From the NCBI GenBank assembly GCA_950097015.1, contig CATNEN010000038.1:12028001-12092000 (forward strand): a stretch of 64,000 nt of DNA. The letters are read 5' to 3'. This DNA comes from Macrostomum hystrix. Its lineage: Eukaryota; Animalia; Platyhelminthes. A program made the translations under genes and the position numbers. Below are positions 58,934-64,000 of this stretch, piece by piece. Positions within the stretch are counted from its first letter, which is position 1, and each line of letters begins with the position of its first letter. Below the pieces are notes generated by a model. The model searched no databases and was not told where the DNA came from. It was given only the letters and a program-made list of their open reading frames with translations.

Positions 58934-61908
58934 TCATCCCTCTCGAAGTTCCATCATCTCTTCGCCATCCTCGTCTCGCAGGTGCGTCAGTTGCTGCTGC
59001 TGCTGCTGCTGCTGCCGACGCGACGTCAACAGGGCCACTGTGGCCTCCTCGTGCCTACAAGACATGCCGCCAGCGTTGCTTCGGCCGCCGTCCGCTGCCG
59101 CAGCCGGCCTCGCCGACGGCACCGCCTCGTTGTCCTCAACGACGGCTCTAAGAAAGATTCGCCTGAACTCGGCCCTGAATGCCGAATTGAAGAAGCCGTA
59201 GAGCAGCGGATTCAGGCAGGCCGGAAGCAGAATTAGCAGCAACGGCGAGAACTCGGTCAGCACGGCTCTGGCACTGCCTCCTCCACCGCCGCCGCTGCCG
59301 CCCCCGCCGCCGCCCTGAACAAAGCCGAACAGATTCAAAGACCGAGGACCGTCAGCGGCCGGATCAGCGTCCGAGTCAGCCGAGGCGCTGCCGTTGGCTC
59401 CAGCCAAGCCGATGCGGATGTCGGTTAGGTCGTGATAGACATTCGAGACCGTCAGCGGCAGCCAGGCTACGGCGAAGGCTACGGCAATGACTGCCAGAAC
59501 CAGGTTAGCTCGGCGACTTCGGCGACGCTCGACACGAGCTCGCTCGCGCTGGTAGTCAGTGACGACTGCGGCGGCAGCAGGCGCATTTTCGGCCATCCCC
59601 GCGGCCGGCGCCGCCTGTTGGCGCTGGCGTCGGCGAACTTTCTCGTTCAGCTGTCGGCAAAGAAGGCCGTAGGCCACGCTGACGGTGCAGAGCGGCACCA
59701 GGTATTGGAACAGCAGCGCCACGCCGCAGCTGTAGGCGGCCTTCCAGACCTTCACCAGCGGATCCGTGGTCATCTCGGTGCAGAGGTGCCTCGGCCGGCT
59801 CTCGTGCGGTATCCACGACTCGGTGATGGTGGCGAATCCGGCTAGAGGCGAGGCCAGGGCGCCGGCGAGCAGCCAGACGGCGGCGATCCACATGACGGCG
59901 CGACGTCGGCGCCGCTTTTCGTTGGGACGCCAGCCGACACGGTTGATGACCTGTTAGGGGCGATGGAATCCAGATTGGGATTCTTGGGAAATGACACTGA
60001 AAAAGCTCGTACTAATTTTGGATTGGAATTAGAAAAGGTAAAGTACATCTGTATTCTATATAAAATAAAAAGAATGATTTTTTCTGCAACTTTTAGTCGC
60101 GACCCCAAAATGAATGATGAGCAATTTGAGTCCCCAGACAGTTAGTTACTAAGCTATTAGGTCCGTCAATTGACTCGGACAGTTCTGCGTGAGATTTCAT
60201 TATTAACGAGCCTTTCCAAGAACGGAGCCACTTTACGTGAGCCGAGTCTCTATAGATTCTTGCAGCGCCCACTTTCAAGTCTTTTTCTACCGAACTTACT
60301 CGCAATTTGACTCGCAATTTGACTATACGAGCGTAGGTACTCCCCACCCTAAAAGATGAAGCCGCGGCCTCAGCATCTCAGTATCAGATGGGCTTGCTGT
60401 GAAGGGGAGGATATAAATTAAATTTCTAGTCGCTGTCAACTCTGGAATTGAACCTGCAGTTGGTGTCTGTCTGATTGTCGGGCTGGGCTAGTCCTGGCCG
60501 GGCTTGTCTCTAGGATAGAGGAGTTTTGACTCGGTTCAATAAACTTTCATTTTATACGTAGTTGCCGCACCGGGCTGCTCTTGTGAGTTGATCTAATTAA
60601 AATCGCTGTTTTGCACCCCAACTAAGTATATAGGGGCCGTTGATTCGCAAACTCACACTATAGGCCTGCTTAGTTCTCCTCTATTTGGACTTTTAACAAA
60701 AGTTTCGCCAATTCTTTAGGATAAAACAGATATAGCGGCGGCCTGTGGGGATTATTTTCCCATTGAAAATAATCCTATACAACCACCTATACTTAGTCCC
60801 TCTGAACATAATAATTCCCAATTCTATTCATATAATATTTATATTGTCTATAGTCTCAAGGAAAAGCAATTGATTTAGTGTCCATGACAACGCTGGGAGC
60901 TGTCCATCGTTGTATTAGCAAGGGATTATATTCTCGTTTCGCGAATAGGGATTACCATCCAATCAGACAAGGATGCTCGGATGAAGGTCCGGATATGAAG
61001 ATAATATTTTGTATTAAGAGATGGACTGGCATTCTGCAAATTATTGGCTTTTTATAGTTTTACAGTTTTAATCTTTCTAGGAAATTAGAAAAGAAAAGCT
61101 ATTTTCTAGCTCCAAAAACTGAGAAGGGAGCTCTGAGGGGACTTTTCTGAGGGGAGATTTTTCAAGGGGAATTTTGTAAGGGGAATTTTGTAAGGGTTTC
61201 TTTTGGGAGTTTTCTAATGGGATTTTTCTGAGGGTAATTTTTTCAGGTGGATCTTTGTGAGGCGAGTTTTCTATGAGAAGTTTTCTGAGAGAGTTTTGTG
61301 AGGGGACTTTCAGAGGGGAATTTCTAAAGGGTAGCTTTTTTTAAATCTCGTAAGGGAACTTTTAAACGGGAGTTTTCAGTTTTAATCGTCAGGGATATGA
61401 CATTATTAATATTATAAGCTAGTAGAGTCCTCACCTGGAATCTATCCAGCGCAATGGCGATGATGGCGTAGGTGGACACAAACACGTTCACCCCAGTCAG
61501 GGTGTTGACCAGTTTGCACAGAGCCAAGCCGAACTGCCAGCCATTGTAGCGTTGAAATAGGCGGACAATGTTCAAGGGCTGGGTGAAGCCGCAGAGGACG
61601 AGGTCGCTGAGGGCCAAGTTGGCGATGTGCAAATTGCCGCCGGTGCGCATTCGCCGGTTGTGCAACAAAAGGCAGACGACCGTGGCGTTGCCAATGGCGC
61701 CAAACAGCAGGAATATTGAATAGAACCCAATGGCCACGTACAGGGTGGGTAGCTGGCGACGTTCGGCTGCTTCGAAGGCGGCCGAGGCGGCCTTGATGGC
61801 GGCCACCTGGTCGCTGTAGTTGGCACAAGCGAGCTGGTGAATGATGCTAGCCAGGTCCATAGGGTTGCTGGGGCTATCGCTGTCGACTTGTGAGCAGGTC
61901 ATTGTCAA
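58934..61908 (-). CDS. Rhodopsin-class neuropeptide GPCR, NPY/NPF-receptor-like; exons 61908-61435 and 59950-58934 (496 aa)
   Basis: GAIGNATV, NLHIANLALSDL, WQFGLALCK, IALDRFQ|VI, QYLVPL..VSVAY, FAVAWLP, CLNPLLYGFFN.AFR. The junction is in frame. Confidence 0.9.
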
Positions 61909-62399
61909 CTGCCTTCAGTTTCTGATACTCCAACTTTAGAGCGGCGATGAAGGCTGGTATGCTATCATTTTTCTCACAGAAAAAGAATCGTCTCGCTTTT
62001 TTGAGAACGGGGTTACGGGGGCGGAGACTGAGTCGCTCTGTGATTGGTCCAGGCAGTGAGGTGTGGCGGCTTGTGAGTCTGCCTTCTCAATTTGCCGGAT
62101 TGGCAGCATCAACGCCCGCCTTTGTAGTTCAATTTGATTTTTTCCTCTAATCAGCCTTCTGGCTTCGCACGTATTGAAAAAAACTGTTTTTTGAAAATCT
62201 AAATATCTCTCTCTTAAGGGGGAGCAAATGATCTGCTTAAAAAAAGACAATATTTGTACTTTGATTGAAGCTCGATAGCTCACGTGATGATATGAGGCAT
62301 TTTTAATTGCTCTACAGGCTTACTTATCGTACAAAAAGAGCATTGCCTTGCTTGCTGGACTGCATGGACAGTCTGTGGAAAAAACAGGGATATTTCTGA

Positions 62400-63080
62400 G
62401 TTGGGGGAGTTCTCAGATGAGGTGGAATTCTTAGGGTGGGAGCTCTCATCTGGGTACTTATCATCGGGGGAGTTCTCATCGGGGGAGTTCTCATCGGGGG
62501 GAGTTCTCATCGGGGGGAGTTCTCCTTGGGGGAGTTCTCATTGGGGGAGTTCTCCTTGGGGGAGTTCTCATCGGGGGGAGTTCTCCTTGGGGGAGTTCTC
62601 ATTGGGGGAATTCTCAATGGGGGAGTTCTCATCGGGGGGAGTTCTAATCGGGGGAGTTCTCATTGGGGGAGTTCTCCTTGGGGGAGTTCTCATTGGGGGA
62701 GTTCTCATCGGGGGAGTTCTCCTTGGGAGAGTTCTCATTGGGGGAGTTCTCATCGGGGGGAGTTCTCATCGTGGGGAGAGTTCTCGTCGTGGGGGAGCCC
62801 TTATCGGGGGAGTTCTCATCTGGGTAGTTGTCATCGGGGGAGTTCTCATCTGGGTAGTTGTCATCGGGGAGTTCTCATTGGGGTAGTTGTCATCGGGGAG
62901 TTCTCATTGGGGTAGTTCTCATCGGGGGAGTTCTCATCTGGGTAGTTGTCATCGGGGAGTTCTCATCGGGGAGTTCTCATTGGGGTAGTTCTCATCGGGG
63001 GAGTTCTCATTGGGGTGGTTCTCATCGGGGGAGTTCTCATCTGGGTAGTTGTCATCGGGGGAGTTCTCAATGGGGGGGAA
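62400..63080. repeat. G-rich ~15-18-bp minisatellite (ggggagttctcatcg)
   Basis: Seen directly. Confidence 0.92.
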
Positions 63081-63807
63081 CGGATCATTTTAATAAAAGG
63101 CGGATGTACTTTGAGATGTGAAATAAAGTTGTCCGAACTGAACCTTATTATAGTGAATTTTGTTTAATTTTGAAATCGCAACTTTTCTCTGGGTTCTCTC
63201 GCATTCGAGTTGCACTTTTTGGCGGCATACTCAGAGAGACGGTTGAGTCCGTTCTCTCTCTGAAACTGCTCGCATATAGATAAACCGCATGACCCCTCGG
63301 CCTCGCCAAATTAACGGCAAGGGTGGATCTGAGTTGGCGTCCCAAAGCGTGACTATTTAGCCAGCGAGTCGGTTTCATCCTCTTCTGCAGCCTGGAAGGT
63401 AAATCTGCTTTGTCAGTAAATAATTAACAGGTTCTATGACAGCCTCCAAACTCCACTATGCGCTGAGCTCGTTCATCTTCCTAGTTTGCCCTCTAACTGT
63501 CACCCGCCTCTACCCCTCGACTTTTAGGATAACAGCAAAACAACAAGCCATTTTTGCCCAGACTCTTGAGTTGATGAAGGATGAAGGATGAAGATGACGG
63601 CATGTTTACTGTAGTTAGCGATAGATGCGTTTGCAGAAACAAAAAATAAAGATCTGGTGTTAAAGCCTTTTAGCTGAATAAAATTTCTGCTTTCCTAGTA
63701 TGTCTGGCTTTGCAGTGTCGCATTGGGCATTAGACTGAATTTTAATGAGAACAGAAAGCATGTGTTTGCAGAGAACACATCTTCCATCTTAGAAAATCGA
63801 TTTTTTG

Positions 63808-64000
63808 TTGCAGTGACAGTTCTATATGCAGTGACAGTTCTATCTGCAGTCTCAGTACTATCTGCAGTCTCAGTACTATCTGCAGTCTCAGTTCTATCTG
63901 CAGTGACAGTTCTATCTGCAGTGTCAGTACTATCTGCAGTGTCAGTACTATCTGCAGTGTCAGTTCTATATGCAGTGACAGTACTATCTGCAGTGTCAGT
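63808..64000. repeat. 18-bp minisatellite (cagtactatctgcagtgt), running off the window end
   Basis: Seen directly. Confidence 0.9.

Noticed and set aside
60350-60555. Solo LTR (TATA plus AATAAA) in the GPCR intron
   Set aside because: No TG...CA boundaries or TSD found.

Overview
Eukaryotic (metazoan) genomic DNA with GC-rich exons and introns packed with minisatellites and SINEs. The style resembles a free-living flatworm such as Macrostomum (inference, not verified). Six spliced host genes can be reconstructed with GT-AG junctions and consistent reading frames: a K2P/TWiK potassium channel (5' part outside the window), UTP6, an NRF-6-type acyltransferase, a ZnT/SLC30 zinc transporter, an SLC7 L-type amino acid transporter and an NPY/NPF-receptor-like GPCR. 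An intact BEL/Pao LTR retrotransposon has apparently identical LTRs, a 5-bp TSD, a tRNA-iMet PBS and a duplicated C-rich tract where the PPT should be. A 5.66-kb P-superfamily foldback element has 739-bp TIRs and an 8-bp TSD; its decayed THAP domain is split by a LINE fragment, and its right TIR holds a Helitron that itself holds a hAT MITE. There are also two minisatellite-carrying hAT MITEs and two tRNA-derived SINE families. Unusual signals include CpG-free blocks downstream of CpG-rich promoter-like regions, two independent arrays of TCACGTGAC E-boxes in nrf-6 introns, and a satellite whose unit is a Pol III B-box. I cannot claim a wholly new biological system; the nested P element and the CpG pattern are the best candidates.
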